This document shows positions 24,245 to 35,425 of a stretch of DNA of 64,000 nucleotides, one piece after another. The translations under genes and the position numbers were made by a program. The stretch's first letter is position 1, and every line of letters starts with the position of its first letter. The DNA is from Lepidodermella squamata (taxonomy: Eukaryota; Animalia; Gastrotricha), in the NCBI GenBank assembly GCA_047495785.1, contig JBLDXI010000024.1:1116001-1180000 (forward strand). The letters run 5' to 3'. The notes beneath the pieces are model-generated. The model searched no databases and had not been told where the DNA came from. It worked only from the letters and a program-made list of their open reading frames with translations.

Positions 24245-25030
24245 TCATGGTAAGGAAGCGAAACTTTGTTCGTGTGCGCCATTTTTTGTTGTGTTCACCT
24301 TTTAAGCAAAAATGACAAAATCCTGCGCCGAAAATTTTAACAAGTTTTACCCTTTACAACCCTTTACAGTTTTACCGAATTTTTCTAATTTGGGCCGTGC
24401 TCCGAATAAAGAACACACCCGATTAATCGTAGCAGAATTGTAGCTTCACCAGAAAACCTAGTGAAATAAAGGCCGAACCCGAATAATCAGCGCGTGACAG
24501 AAGCCTGCGAGTGAGAAGAAGTGAGTGGCTCATGTTTTGCTTCAGCACAGCTTGATGACCCTCGCCTTAATCTATCCCTCCTTAACCCCTGTAAAAGCGC
24601 AGCTTTAACGATCGGTTGCGGGCCAATGTTTTGGGAATAGCGGAAAGGTCCAGGGGTCGCGAGGGTCGCGGAGTGATTTTCATTAATAAAAGAAAAAAGT
24701 CAATAAATGAGGCTAGGGCACGTGCTTTATCATTTGTTTACCATTTTACTCCATCCATCAGTCTTAGCAATCAAGATTTAGAGATAAATTTAGAGATTTA
24801 GCAATCAATTTAAATCCCAATTTTTTCAAACGTCATCCACACATTGAGAACAAAGTGACCAGAGTAAGCACACAAGCTAAATTTTGATCTGCATAATTAA
24901 ATCGACTGCTTTCTCAACGCAAATTTACGGATCCGCGGTGGTTTCCTCCGGCCACTAAAAGGTCGTAAAAGGCTAGTTTACCACATAAATTATTTGCTCG
25001 CACGCTATTGGTCGATTCAAAAAAAAACGC

Positions 25031-25259
25031 CGTTTTTCACCAAATTGTGCATGCATATCGAACGCGAGCTGCTCTTTTACGTGGTATAAGATTTTAGGTG
25101 GGCAATTGCTGCTCAGTCTTGATCTCATCAAAATAAATGAAACCATAGTGAAAAAGAGGTTTTTGTATCGTAACAACGGTTGGGTTGCCAACCTCAAATC
25201 TTATGCCACGCGAAAGAGCAGCTCGCGTTCGATATGCATGCAAAATTTGGTAAAAAATG
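25031..25259. repeat. Long imperfect inverted repeat (~75-bp arms), probable foldback/MITE interior
   Basis: 25031-25105 is the reverse complement of 25185-25259 (core tgcatgcatatcgaacgcgagctgctcttt / aaagagcagctcgcgttcgatatgcatgca). Confidence 0.8.
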
Positions 25260-25472
25260 GAGATATCCGCTTTGAGAATATCAGAAGGACCAAACATTGA
25301 GCTATTTTTTCTAAATTCGACCTTGACACATAATTATTTCGGATTTTTTCGCGTGTACTCTGCTCCCGTTGACGTCACTTGATGTTTTGAGCAGAAAATA
25401 TTCGAAATGATTATATCACTGAGAGGTGTTAACATCGGCTTGAATATTGTAGACTTGGTATATAATTGTCTG

Positions 25473-25606
25473 ATATAGCACGAGTAAAGAGTCTATATCT
25501 GAACGGAGCCGGCCGAGATTTACGAGTCGGAACGAGTCGAAGACGAGTGGAGATGAGTAAATCGAGTACGGCGAGTTCAGATATGAACGATTTACGAATG
25601 TTATAT
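25473..25606. repeat. Imperfect foldback repeat, probable non-autonomous DNA element
   Basis: atatagcacgagtaaa...atatctgaac versus gttcagatat...tttacgaatgttatat, with internal cgagt repeats. Confidence 0.5.
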
Positions 25607-26077
25607 ACCGTAAAATATCGAATTGTCAAAGCGACTCGACCTATATTTTTGACGACAATTCTATATTTAATAATGTAGAACGTATTGTAGTGGCTACCAG
25701 TCTTGATTTCTTGAAGTAACGACAGTGATCCGACTAGGTCCAGCTCTGAGGGGGTAAATAGAGCCATTTTGAGCCCAAAATTAGCAAATCAACAGGGGGG
25801 ACCCTTACTTGTGCCCGAAATAAATAATAGACTTGTAGCCACTACAATGATTTCAACATTATTAATTTTCGAATTAACGTTAAAAATCGAAAAAACTTGT
25901 TTTAATGCATGATACTAACGTGTCCTGGCTAACGTGTCTCAAACCCTTATCAAGCCAAGGATTACCATCTTATAGTTGATTAGTGTCAGATGCAAGAACA
26001 TTTTTAAGAGTTATTGAAAGCATGATCAAAAGTAAAAACCCAAATAAAATGGTTTTGAATGAATAGAAGTGAATATA

Positions 26078-26212
26078 AGGCAGAAACTGCGCTACTCAGA
26101 CTGCATGAAAAGGCAGTTGAAGAAAATTAATATTGAGAATTGGGAAGACGCCGCTGTATTAGCTCAGAATAGAATTGAGTGGCGTACGAAATTGAAAAAT
26201 ATCACAGATTGA
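26078..26212 (+). mobile_element. RTE-like LINE ORF C-terminal relic
   Basis: Translates as RQKLRYSDCMKRQLKKINIENWEDAAVLAQNRIEWR, matching the R..RY.D.....LK...I..W...A..R..WR pattern of RTE-clade ORF ends. Confidence 0.65.
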
Positions 26213-26339
26213 TTTTTGAATAATGAATTCATTTCGCTCATTTTTCGAACAAAAATATCGAATTTTTCATCATTTTCAAGACACATTGATTTTGGCTTGA
26301 CTTAGGATCGACTAACGTTGGTCCTCCTCCGACACTCAG

Positions 26340-26474
26340 TATGGTTGGAGGAACGCCATCATCCTTCAGACATACTGGGTACACCGGAGTGAATTTTATT
26401 TCGTTATGTGTACAGGTTTCTTTTTTGTCTTTTTGCTCTAAACGAAATAAAGAAGATGTTATGTTATGTTATGT
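26340..26474 (+). mobile_element. Probable non-LTR retrotransposon 3' end with (TGTTA)n tail
   Basis: T-rich segment, AATAAA, then a tgttatgttatgttatgt tandem tail. Confidence 0.35.
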
Positions 26475-27729
26475 AGAAGTGCGGAAAAGTGACAATTAGG
26501 TCAAATTTGATGACTACGGCCACATTGGCATATATTTGTTGCTAAGTGGATGAAGGAAATTGATGCAGGGTGCATCAATTTCCGTGATGCAGGGTGTTTA
26601 CATCGGGGTGATTTTTATTCTCAGCACACCTGTTATGTTGTTTCTACTGTTCTACTGTTTCTTTTACTGCTTCTCATCTCAAAAGTGCTGACGAATAACG
26701 GAAATGTTATGTTTATATGCTTGAGATAGATCTTAGATTAGATCTGTCATCACTGCTGGTTGATGAAAATGAAGTCCACTGCGATGCTGGTCCAAGATGC
26801 TGGTTCCTATCACGATGACTGTAATCGATAGGAGTCGCCGAAAGCGAAGTCTTGGTATCCGTTAACATGTGCGCTAACTTTTGGCACTATTCATGGTCTC
26901 GTGAGCACTTGCTACTTATTCCCTGTTAATTTTCTGGTCTGACATGGGCTCATTATGCTTGATCTCATATCAAATATAAAATCCGATCTGAGGATCTCGA
27001 ACAAATGTACTCAGCAATGCAGAAGAAAACATGTCAGCTTAACCTTTACTTGGATCACTGATATGCAGTATAAATTATGGTGGAAAAACCCGATTGTAAC
27101 CTCTCACATTTGGTTCATCTGTTTTCCCCGAACTTTTGGGTCGCCCATATACACGCCTACTTCACCATCTTAAATGTCAAAGCCGGAAAGGAACTTTTGG
27201 TCGAGCACTTGAAGACGAAACGAAAACGAAAAGCTTTTTATTTTGTCCTTTTTCCAGATAAAGCGAAAGAATGAAGAAGAGAATGCTTGAAATCAGGCAG
27301 CTTCAACTGATCCGGTTTCCCATGCAGTTTATTACAATTTCGTAACATCATATTACTTTATTCATCGGCGCGTCAAAGCATTTTACGCCATAATTTTTTT
27401 ATTTCCGACATTGGCACCCATCGTATTGTTATTTAGCTGAGTGGAAGTGGTTTCTCCACACGTTTAATGAAAAACGAAAAAATGACTCACATAAGACTCA
27501 TACATGAAACATCATGCATCATAGCATCATAGTATCAGTGGTAGGGTTGTTTTTCCTAAAATATATCTCTTGCAGCGGGTGCTTAAAAAAGAACAACGAA
27601 CACGAAAGGTGGGAGAAACACAGAAAAACGACTGCATTGAATGCGTCTTAACTCTTGATATAAAAAAGAATATAGTAAAATTGTAGCACCAACACTTCAG
27701 CCACATCCTGACTAATTTCGTAGTCACAA

Positions 27730-30700
27730 ATGAGTTTTAAAATACGAATTTTACTATTGAACTTATTGTTGGCTGCAGCAGTATGTGAAATCAAGCAGAT
27801 TTTACAGGTAGAAGCATGGGGAAATTCTCCATTTTATTCGTTAGTTCTAGGCAATTTATTGCAGTACTCCTCGCCGCAAAGCGGAAGCTTGAAAATCGGA
27901 TTTATGTTACCTGGTCATCGCACCAAATTCTCCGGTTCGCCAACATCGACAAGGCATATTGTTCCCAGAAAATTGTATTTTAAATGTTATTATTGATATT
28001 TTAATATAGTTGTTGCTGCGGCGAAATTTCGCCGTCGGAGGCTCTTTTAGTGACGCATTTTAAGCGCCTGATCCGAGATATTGAATTGTCGCAGATATTA
28101 GGCCGAGGGTTTAAGATTGGGTTCGACGTTCTCGACACATGCGGCTCGGAAAGCTTCGCAACTGCCCAGGCTATTCATTGGCTAAAAAAACGGGTTCAAC
28201 CAGACTTTGATTCTGATGAGCTGCAGATCGCCTTTGTCGTTGGCCCCCGTTACAGCCGGGTGTCTCAAGCCATCGCCCCGCTGCTGCAACAGTTCGGCAT
28301 TCCGCTATTAGATTACAGCGCTACGGCTGACATTTTGAGTGATCAGAATCGCTTCAAGATGTTCACTCGAGTGACAGCGTCTGACAAGTACATGGCCCAG
28401 GCTATGGCTGAATTCGTAAAAATAAACGCATGGAAGTGCGTTCATCTGCTCCACAGTGTTGGTCTTTATGGCGAAAATGGAGCTGAGCAAGTAGCTCAAC
28501 AGCTGTTGAATTCGAACATATCGATTTCGAACGGTGGACCGATCGCGCTTCCTCTTAATTATTCCTCGACGGCTGATTTTGACGCAGCAGTTGCAAGAAT
28601 AGCCGAGTCTAAATCTGTTCGGATCATTATTTGCTTCTGCGAGGCGACAACAACACGAGGGCTTCTTCAAGCTATTAAAGACCGACCTGGATTGGGCAAA
28701 TTCTACATCATTGGCGGGTGAGTTTCATCAGAGTCCCATTGATCCCATTGATGCTATCATATCGACCATCAGAGCAACACGTAGTTGGACTTTGACTCCG
28801 CATAATCTGGCCTAAGATGGTAGGGTTCCAATGCTAAATTTGAGGTTACAGCTCTAGATTATTGGCGGCTGAGTTTCATTAGAAATTGATTACTGTGTTA
28901 TAAGCCAAGTCCGAAAGCGACCACGTCGTAATATGCTCAGCCAGGATTCGACGAGCCTGCAATCTCTCTTATCAAACACCTTTGTCCGGTCCTGCTCATA
29001 GGTGTGAACCCATGTACGGCAGGCTCCAAACTGAGAACAATGGACGCGTGGCCCTCCGCAGTCGGGCCCTGGCTCGTACGCGCGTGAGAGCCAGCGTACG
29101 GCTGGACAGTGCGCACGCGCGTGTCTATTAATCTCTATTTGGAACCCTCCCAGGTTATAAAGTTTAAGCCGAAGCGAAAAGTGCTTGATCAGGAAAATTG
29201 CATCCCGGATTCCGGTCGACCAGAGCGTGACGTGGAAATCGACCATGGCCACGTCAGGGTCGCTTTCGGCCTAGGGTCTTCACTGCCGCAACCAAAATAC
29301 AGCGCTGGTGGAACTTCAATTTTACAAATAATACCAAGTGCTCCTCTGTGTGCAACACATTATCTTTACTTGTATTCATTAGTTATTACTAAAGCAAAAT
29401 AAGCAGTACTGAATACTCGTCTTTGATATTTTTAGTGACTTTTGGGGCGCGGCGTTTGATTTGCGAAATTTGGAAACCGTTGCTGATCGTGCCATTTCGT
29501 TCAGAACAATCACGACTGCGCCAAAACCTTTGACAGTTGAAATTGGAAACATCAGCGATATCAACTCGTGGATAAGAGAAAGCTCCTATCTCCGGAAGGA
29601 CACAGATCCTTGGCTGAACGGTAAGAACATCTGAAATTTCAAAATAGAGAGCTCAAACCCTATTCATTCGGTATTTGATTTCTGTATTAATTGACGTTTT
29701 TGCACTTCTTATCAAAATTTGCTGTTAGGAGACCTGATACTTCCTTCATTTGATTTACGTTGGTCAATGACTCTTATTACTTCCCTATTCCCAGAGTGTC
29801 TGGAAACCTTGAAAGGATGCACGTTGGACCCTACAAATATAAATTTCGATCAGTGCGGTAAGTTTTACTAGTATAATAATATGTGGTATTGTAAATTAGA
29901 GAGAAATTATTTTATTCAAGAGGAAACTGAGTTCAAAGACACCGATCTTCCCTTATCGGATTGGATGAATTCAGCCAGCATCGCCTTATACGCCGGTGCT
30001 TTTGCTATGAAATCCCTGTTCGATGAGAAATGTCGCTTAAATCCTGGCGCCGATTGCCGAAAGTTCGATCCAGCAAATGACGGTGTCAAACTGTTCCAAC
30101 ACATTGGGAACACCACAATCCCATTGCAAGGTGGTGGAAGCTTCCGCTTTTACCTTGGCCGAGAAGGGTTCCCGCTTTATCGCGTTAGTCGATTTTCAGT
30201 GGAACACAGCGATGGTGGTACGAATTTCATTTACCGCCAAATCGGAACATGGGATGTCAATAGTAAGTTCAAATTAACAGCCGACACATCTGAATATCGG
30301 GCACCTAATGATGTCGTCTGCGCCCGGCCTTACCGCAATGAAACCTGGATCCGAGCCCCCATTGTACAGGGCGCACTTTCGCCAACGATTCTGTGCGGTA
30401 GTCAAGGGTACGGCACCACGATTATCCATAATCCACCGCAGATTACTATCAACAACAACAACAGTGTGATTCTGCCCGTTGTAACGACGATACTCTCAGT
30501 CGCCATTCTGGCTTTGATCATCGCTGTGGTGATAATGTACCTGAAATTTCAAAAGGAACCTGACCAGAAACTAGATGACCAAACAGGCTTGGAAATTTCG
30601 CGTTTTACTCAGTATCATTTCGGAAACTGCCCCGGCCTGACAATGGACGAGAAACAAGAATTACGAGACGTTTTGCAGACCTATTACGTTCCAAACAGTC

Positions 30701-31681
30701 GCTTATTCTTTTCTAACGAAATCCTAGGTGAAGGCCATAATGGCGTTGTCTATAAAGGTCAAATGGAAGTCAACGGGGTGTGGCAGGACGTAGCCGTGAA
30801 GCAACTGAGAGGCGGTGACTCGATGGAAACTGCCAAATTTCTGCGCGAAGGCAGTGTTATGCGCGGTTTTGACCACCCCAATGTGTTGAAGCTACTCGGC
30901 ATCCACATTTTGGCGAACAATGCCGCTCAGATTATAGTGCCGTATATTCCTAATGGAAATTTGCGCGATTTTCTCGCGACTTACGGTCATTCGTTCATGG
31001 AGAGTGAAAAAATCAATCTATGCCTCCAAATTTGCACGGCGATGGAGTACATTGCAACGAAACAGTGTGTCCACCGCGATCTGGCGTGTCGCAATATTCT
31101 TGTTGAATCGCGGACGTACATTAATATCGTTGTCCTTGCTGATTTCGGCCTGTCCAGGCAGCTCAATGAAAGTGATTACGTGAGGCCAAGCGCGGAAGGA
31201 GCTGCTTTACCGCTCCGCTGGTGCCCACCTGAAGCCTTAATAGGTGGTGCATTCGATGAGAAGAGTGATGTATGGAGTTTCGGCGTTGTTTGCTGGGAAA
31301 TTTTCAGCGGCGGCAAAAAACCGTATCCCCGACTTAAGAATGATGAGGTTCTAAGTCTTGTTATGACTCACCCTGGGGGCTATCCCGATTTGCCGACAAG
31401 TTGCCCACAAGATTTGTAAGTTTAACTGACGCTCAACGGAGTTAGCGTGAAAAATTATTTTTGCTGTACTCCACTTTAGCTACGATTCAATCATGAAGAT
31501 ATGTTGGTTCAGAGATAAGACACGAAGGCCAACTTTCAAGGGACTGCGCGAGCGAATACAACAATTTCAGAAGTGCCGCAATTCTCTGATGAGTTCCGCC
31601 TCTTCTGGATTTCCCAGCTACTCTCGGCAAGCGAGTCAAAATTCGTCACGATTAGCAGAAGAACACGGTGTGTTAGTGTGA
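27730..31681 (+). CDS. Receptor tyrosine kinase with mGluR-like Venus flytrap ectodomain, copy 2; ~7 exons
   Basis: Recent paralog of 19979-23444 with the same exon layout; canonical HRDLACRN; longer Ser-rich tail ending HGVLV*; intron 2 has a GC donor at 27954. Confidence 0.9.
28897..29282. mobile_element. Unclassified GC-rich insertion in intron 3 of receptor copy 2 (solo-LTR-like or TIR element)
   Basis: Absent from the paralogous intron; begins TGTTATA and ends TTCA; subterminal inverted motif ccgaaagcgacc / ggtcgctttcgg; internal tataaa; no clean TSD. Confidence 0.45.
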
Positions 31682-32386
31682 CATTCCTAATTCCTAATCT
31701 GTATCACCCTTATCGTATTTTATTATTTACTGCATGTAGGTACCCTCGAACTTTTGTTAAACCTTGTTTGAGTCATCTTGTAATTTCATTTATTGTAATT
31801 AATTAGCTTCACTGAAAATGGCTAGTAAAAAGCATGTCAGGATTATGATGCATCACGTAGAGGTCTACAATCCCGTGAGGTCACCTATAAATTGCTAGCA
31901 TGAGAAGAATATGAATATGAGAAGAATATGACGTGGCGTAGCTTTACGGGATAAAAGTTCTGAGGCTGATTAATTTATATTTTTCCAAATAATTTGTCAC
32001 TGATAAATACTGAAGAAGCTTTCGTTGTTAATAAACACAAAACAATAACCCTATGATTCGAGCCGGAATCCTGAATTGAAATAACTATCGCCGCTCTCTT
32101 GATTCAGTCAATAAAGCCCGGTACATTATTCGGCGTAAAATCTAGGAAAATTCGCTACTCCGCAATCAGCAATCGAAAAGCCCGAATTTGATGCAGTTTG
32201 ACATAAGCTATTACACCACGAGCTTCGAAGTTGATAGTTGATAAAAATATTAAGGCTTAATTAAATAAATAATGGAAGTAGTCATCTTTCAGCTGCTACG
32301 ACGCATCAGCTGAAAAAGCTTATATTTGTAAATTCCGCCGGAGTTTATAGCAGTATTAATGAATTCAGTTATTAGCAATAAGCGAG

Positions 32387-32902
32387 ATGTCGGAAGCATT
32401 ATTAGAGAAAGCAAATTCAGCAAAGGATGCTATAGCAGAGAAGGCTAGCTCAGCTAAGGAGGCTATATCGGAAAAAGCAAGCTCGGCAAAAGACTCGCTT
32501 GCTGAAAAAGCAAGTTCGGCAAAGGACGCCATTGCAGACGCAGCCAAGGAAGCAGGCAAGAAGGTCGGTAAACATGCTGGTCAGGCGAAGAACATCGTTC
32601 ACAAGGACGCTCTGGTGCTGACTGAGACCATCAGCGACGCTTGGAAGGCGACGAAAGCTAACTTCAATGAGTCATCAGTTGCTCGTCTCAAGTTCTACGC
32701 TGGTTTCGTTGTTCTGCTGCTGAATATCATTGTTTTGGCGCTGAGTTTTGTCGAAGTTCTGCTGTTTGAATTTTCCATCATCAAGCTTACAATGGCGATT
32801 TTGAGCTGTGCTGCTTTGACCATTGTTACTCTGATGACTCTGCTTCCGCTTTACTTCAACAAAGGGAAGGCTACGGAAACCACGGAACTCCTTGAAGGAT
32901 GA
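32387..32902 (+). CDS. Small protein with N-terminal LEA3-like 11-mer repeats and two C-terminal hydrophobic helices (family member 1)
   Basis: Single exon; four EKA(S/N)SAK(D/E)xxx 11-mers; C-terminal half aligns with the 34188 and 34913 ORFs. Confidence 0.85.
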   Translation: MSEALLEKANSAKDAIAEKASSAKEAISEKASSAKDSLAEKASSAKDAIADAAKEAGKKVGKHAGQAKNIVHKDALVLTETISDAWKATKANFNESSVARLKFYAGFVVLLLNIIVLALSFVEVLLFEFSIIKLTMAILSCAALTIVTLMTLLPLYFNKGKATETTELLEG

Positions 32903-33307
32903 TGGCATGCCTTCCTGAGCAATCAAGTCGTAAAAAAAATTCGTTAAGCCCTGATATTAAGTCTCTACCCCTTTTCAAGCTCTAATTGTCGCAGTGAAAT
33001 TTTGTTGTGCCTATTTGATTGCAATCTCATATAAATTCAGATGTGACGATCTCGGAAACATGTGCAGCAACTCTCTCATAGATGTAGTTGAAATAAAATA
33101 TACTGACCAATGATAAGTTTTAATTATTTTGTTTTTCAAAACCTTCCGGACACGTTTCTTCACGGAATTATCTGTCAATGACAAGACGAGAAGGCCAAGT
33201 TAACGTGTTCCTTACAGCTTCCTTTAAATTGCCGAATCTTCATGGAATGCCTAACTTGAAATGTTACAAAGCTGAGAGTAGTTTTGGTGGTAAAGCAAAA
33301 TATATTC

Positions 33308-33640
33308 ACATTAGAAAGGATTCAGCGCGTATATATATATATATATATCTATATACTAATAGAGCCACTGAAAAAATTACTCGCTGAGTCTTTTCTAATA
33401 TTAATACATTTCGCTTTACCATCAAGACTAACTCTCAGCTTTACTAATCTCCTCAGAAGGAAACTTCTGACAGTACTACCATCAACGCTTCTCAGAGCAA
33501 GGAACCCATAAAATCGTCGTGGCGCGGTGGCACAGTGGTGAAAACGCACCCGGTCAGAGGATCCGCGATCGATCCCTAGCACCGCCACAATATTTTTCAG
33601 TGGTTCCATTGGTATATACTCGCTGAATCGTTTCTAATGT
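33308..33640. repeat. Inverted repeat (33308-33377 / 33590-33640) with (TA)n expansion enclosing a tRNA-like sequence
   Basis: acattagaaaggattcagcgcgtata / tatactcgctgaatcgtttctaatgt and atatactaatagagccactgaaaaa / tttttcagtggttccattggtatat. Confidence 0.75.
33519..33588 (+). ncRNA. tRNA-derived sequence (SINE head or tRNA pseudogene)
   Basis: A-box-like GGTGGCACAGTGG, B-box-like GATCGATCCC, terminal complementarity gtggcg/cgccac; anticodon arm not recognisable. Confidence 0.55.
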
Positions 33641-34187
33641 TAAAAATGTACCTTATATAAATAAAATAAATTTTCAGTAGCCTTGGATGTGAAATTCTAT
33701 AACTTCCTTATTAGTTGTTTCTCTGCGGTCAATTTTGGTTCAATAATTGATTACAAAGTGTAAGCGATCAATAATAACGTCGTCAAAAAAAAACACATGG
33801 CCGTAAATTATTGTAAAACACGCAGTACATGACATCACCTTGTAGTATTACAATATCAGCGAGAAAAAATGCATGCATACACATGTGTGAGTGAATGAAT
33901 CACCTATAATATAGGCTTAGCGCTTACCTTTATTACCATTAGCTACGACAAGCTTTACATAATATTATCCTCTCTCGTATATAGAAATGCAGTTTTAGGA
34001 TATATATCTATACGGTTAGATCACAGATGCGTAAGCGGCTAATGTAATTTCAATAAAAAACTGTTTCAAAACCGATTATTGCCATCGTTATGACTCAGAT
34101 AAACAGCTGGGCAAATAATGACATATAAAATCGCTACCTTCGCTGTGATAAATGGACAAATTGCAATTTTAGATTTATAATATTATT

Positions 34188-34610
34188 ATGACAACCGTTT
34201 CAATTTACCCAGACACCCCAGCTCCTCTGCAAAGAAGAAACAGTGTCGCTGATGACATAGAGGAAACTTTCAAGAAAGTCGGCCGCGTCATCGATAAAAC
34301 AGGCGATGAAGTCCAAGAAGAATTCCTTACGCTCGCTCGAAATTTCTCTCAAGCCCTGAAGGCAACATCCGAGGATTGGAAAAAGTCGTCGGTCTGCCGG
34401 TTCAAAATCGTTGCCAGTGCCTTCGTCTTGCTACTCAATTTATCCGTCCTCGGCCTGGCTATCTACGACGTCACGGTTCACTACTCGCCGATTAAATTAA
34501 CACAAATCGTGCTGAACTGCGCTGCTCTGTCGACGGTGACACTGGTTCACGTCATACCGACTTACTTCATGTCGAAACCGGCGGAAGAGTGTAAAACATG
34601 CAAAACTTGA
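34188..34610 (+). CDS. Small two-TM protein, family member 2
   Basis: Single exon; NFSQALKATSEDWKKSSVCRFK, hydrophobic helix, YSP, LNCAAL, PTYF shared with neighbours; tataaaa upstream (~34124) and aataaa downstream. Confidence 0.85.
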   Translation: MTTVSIYPDTPAPLQRRNSVADDIEETFKKVGRVIDKTGDEVQEEFLTLARNFSQALKATSEDWKKSSVCRFKIVASAFVLLLNLSVLGLAIYDVTVHYSPIKLTQIVLNCAALSTVTLVHVIPTYFMSKPAEECKTCKT

Positions 34611-34912
34611 GTCGTTTTGCTACGGCAGCTAATCATCTCTCAGTTTTTCTATATACTAACGCAATGGATGCCAAGGAAAATACTTTCGAAATTTATCATA
34701 TGCGAAGCCTATCAGAATAAAGTCTAAGTTCCACCTTCCACTTGTTATGGAATTTTTTACTATGACTATAACTGTAGGATTGTGTAAATGAAACTACGAG
34801 TTATGTGTAAAAACGTGTGAGGTAAAAAACTATTATTTGCTCACATTTTACGTTTTATAATAAGAGAAATTTTGGAGTGGAGATTTTATTAAACTTTTTC
34901 ATTACATTAATC

Positions 34913-35425
34913 ATGAGCAAAGAGTCGAGCCTGCCCGAGCGAGAGGATTCAACAACTGCATCTAGTCTGCATTGTATCGATCCTAGAGCTGCAATCGAAA
35001 ATGTTACAACCATCCTGGAGGAGTCGAGTCAAGTACTTTTTACCGGGAAACTGGCTAAACTCGAGGCTGTGAAGAAGCTGCAAGAAGCTATGCAGAACCT
35101 CGGCGAAGTTCTGGAGAGGTCTAAAGATGCTACCGAGCTAGAAATGCTGCAGATATCGACCAATTTTTCTCAGGCAATGAAGGCTACGTCTCGAGATTTC
35201 AGGGCATCGTCAGTCACGCGCTTCAAGGTGGTTTGCGCTGCTATCGTGCTATTTCTGCAGATAACAGTCCTAGCAATAGGTATTTACAATGTTACTGTTA
35301 ACTATTCACCTCTAGCCCTTACCACAGTCGTCTTGAACTGTGCTTGTCTTTCTGTGGTTAATATTATGAATATCGTACCAAATTATTTCTTATCCCCTCC
35401 ACCAAAAGAGGAGAAAACAGCTTGA
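34913..35425 (+). CDS. Small two-TM protein, family member 3
   Basis: Single exon from MSKES; NFSQAMKATSRDFRASSVTRFK, YSP, LNCACL, PNYF; aataaa immediately downstream. Confidence 0.85.
   Translation: MSKESSLPEREDSTTASSLHCIDPRAAIENVTTILEESSQVLFTGKLAKLEAVKKLQEAMQNLGEVLERSKDATELEMLQISTNFSQAMKATSRDFRASSVTRFKVVCAAIVLFLQITVLAIGIYNVTVNYSPLALTTVVLNCACLSVVNIMNIVPNYFLSPPPKEEKTA

Larger units (their letters stand above)
19100..32035 (+). repeat. Tandem segmental duplication: unit A ~19100-23835, unit B ~26750-32035
   Basis: Colinear similarity over upstream region (e.g. aatgactcacataaga, cacgaaaggtgggagaaacacaga), exons, introns and 3' flank (ctgataaatact...aataaacac). Confidence 0.9.

Noticed and set aside
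29250-29290. Hammerhead-ribozyme-like tgaaga...gaaa on the minus strand
   Set aside because: Core begins GTGA rather than CTGA, and stems II/III do not pair convincingly.
33519-33588. Functional tRNA gene
   Set aside because: Anticodon arm and T-stem do not fold properly; kept only as tRNA-derived sequence.
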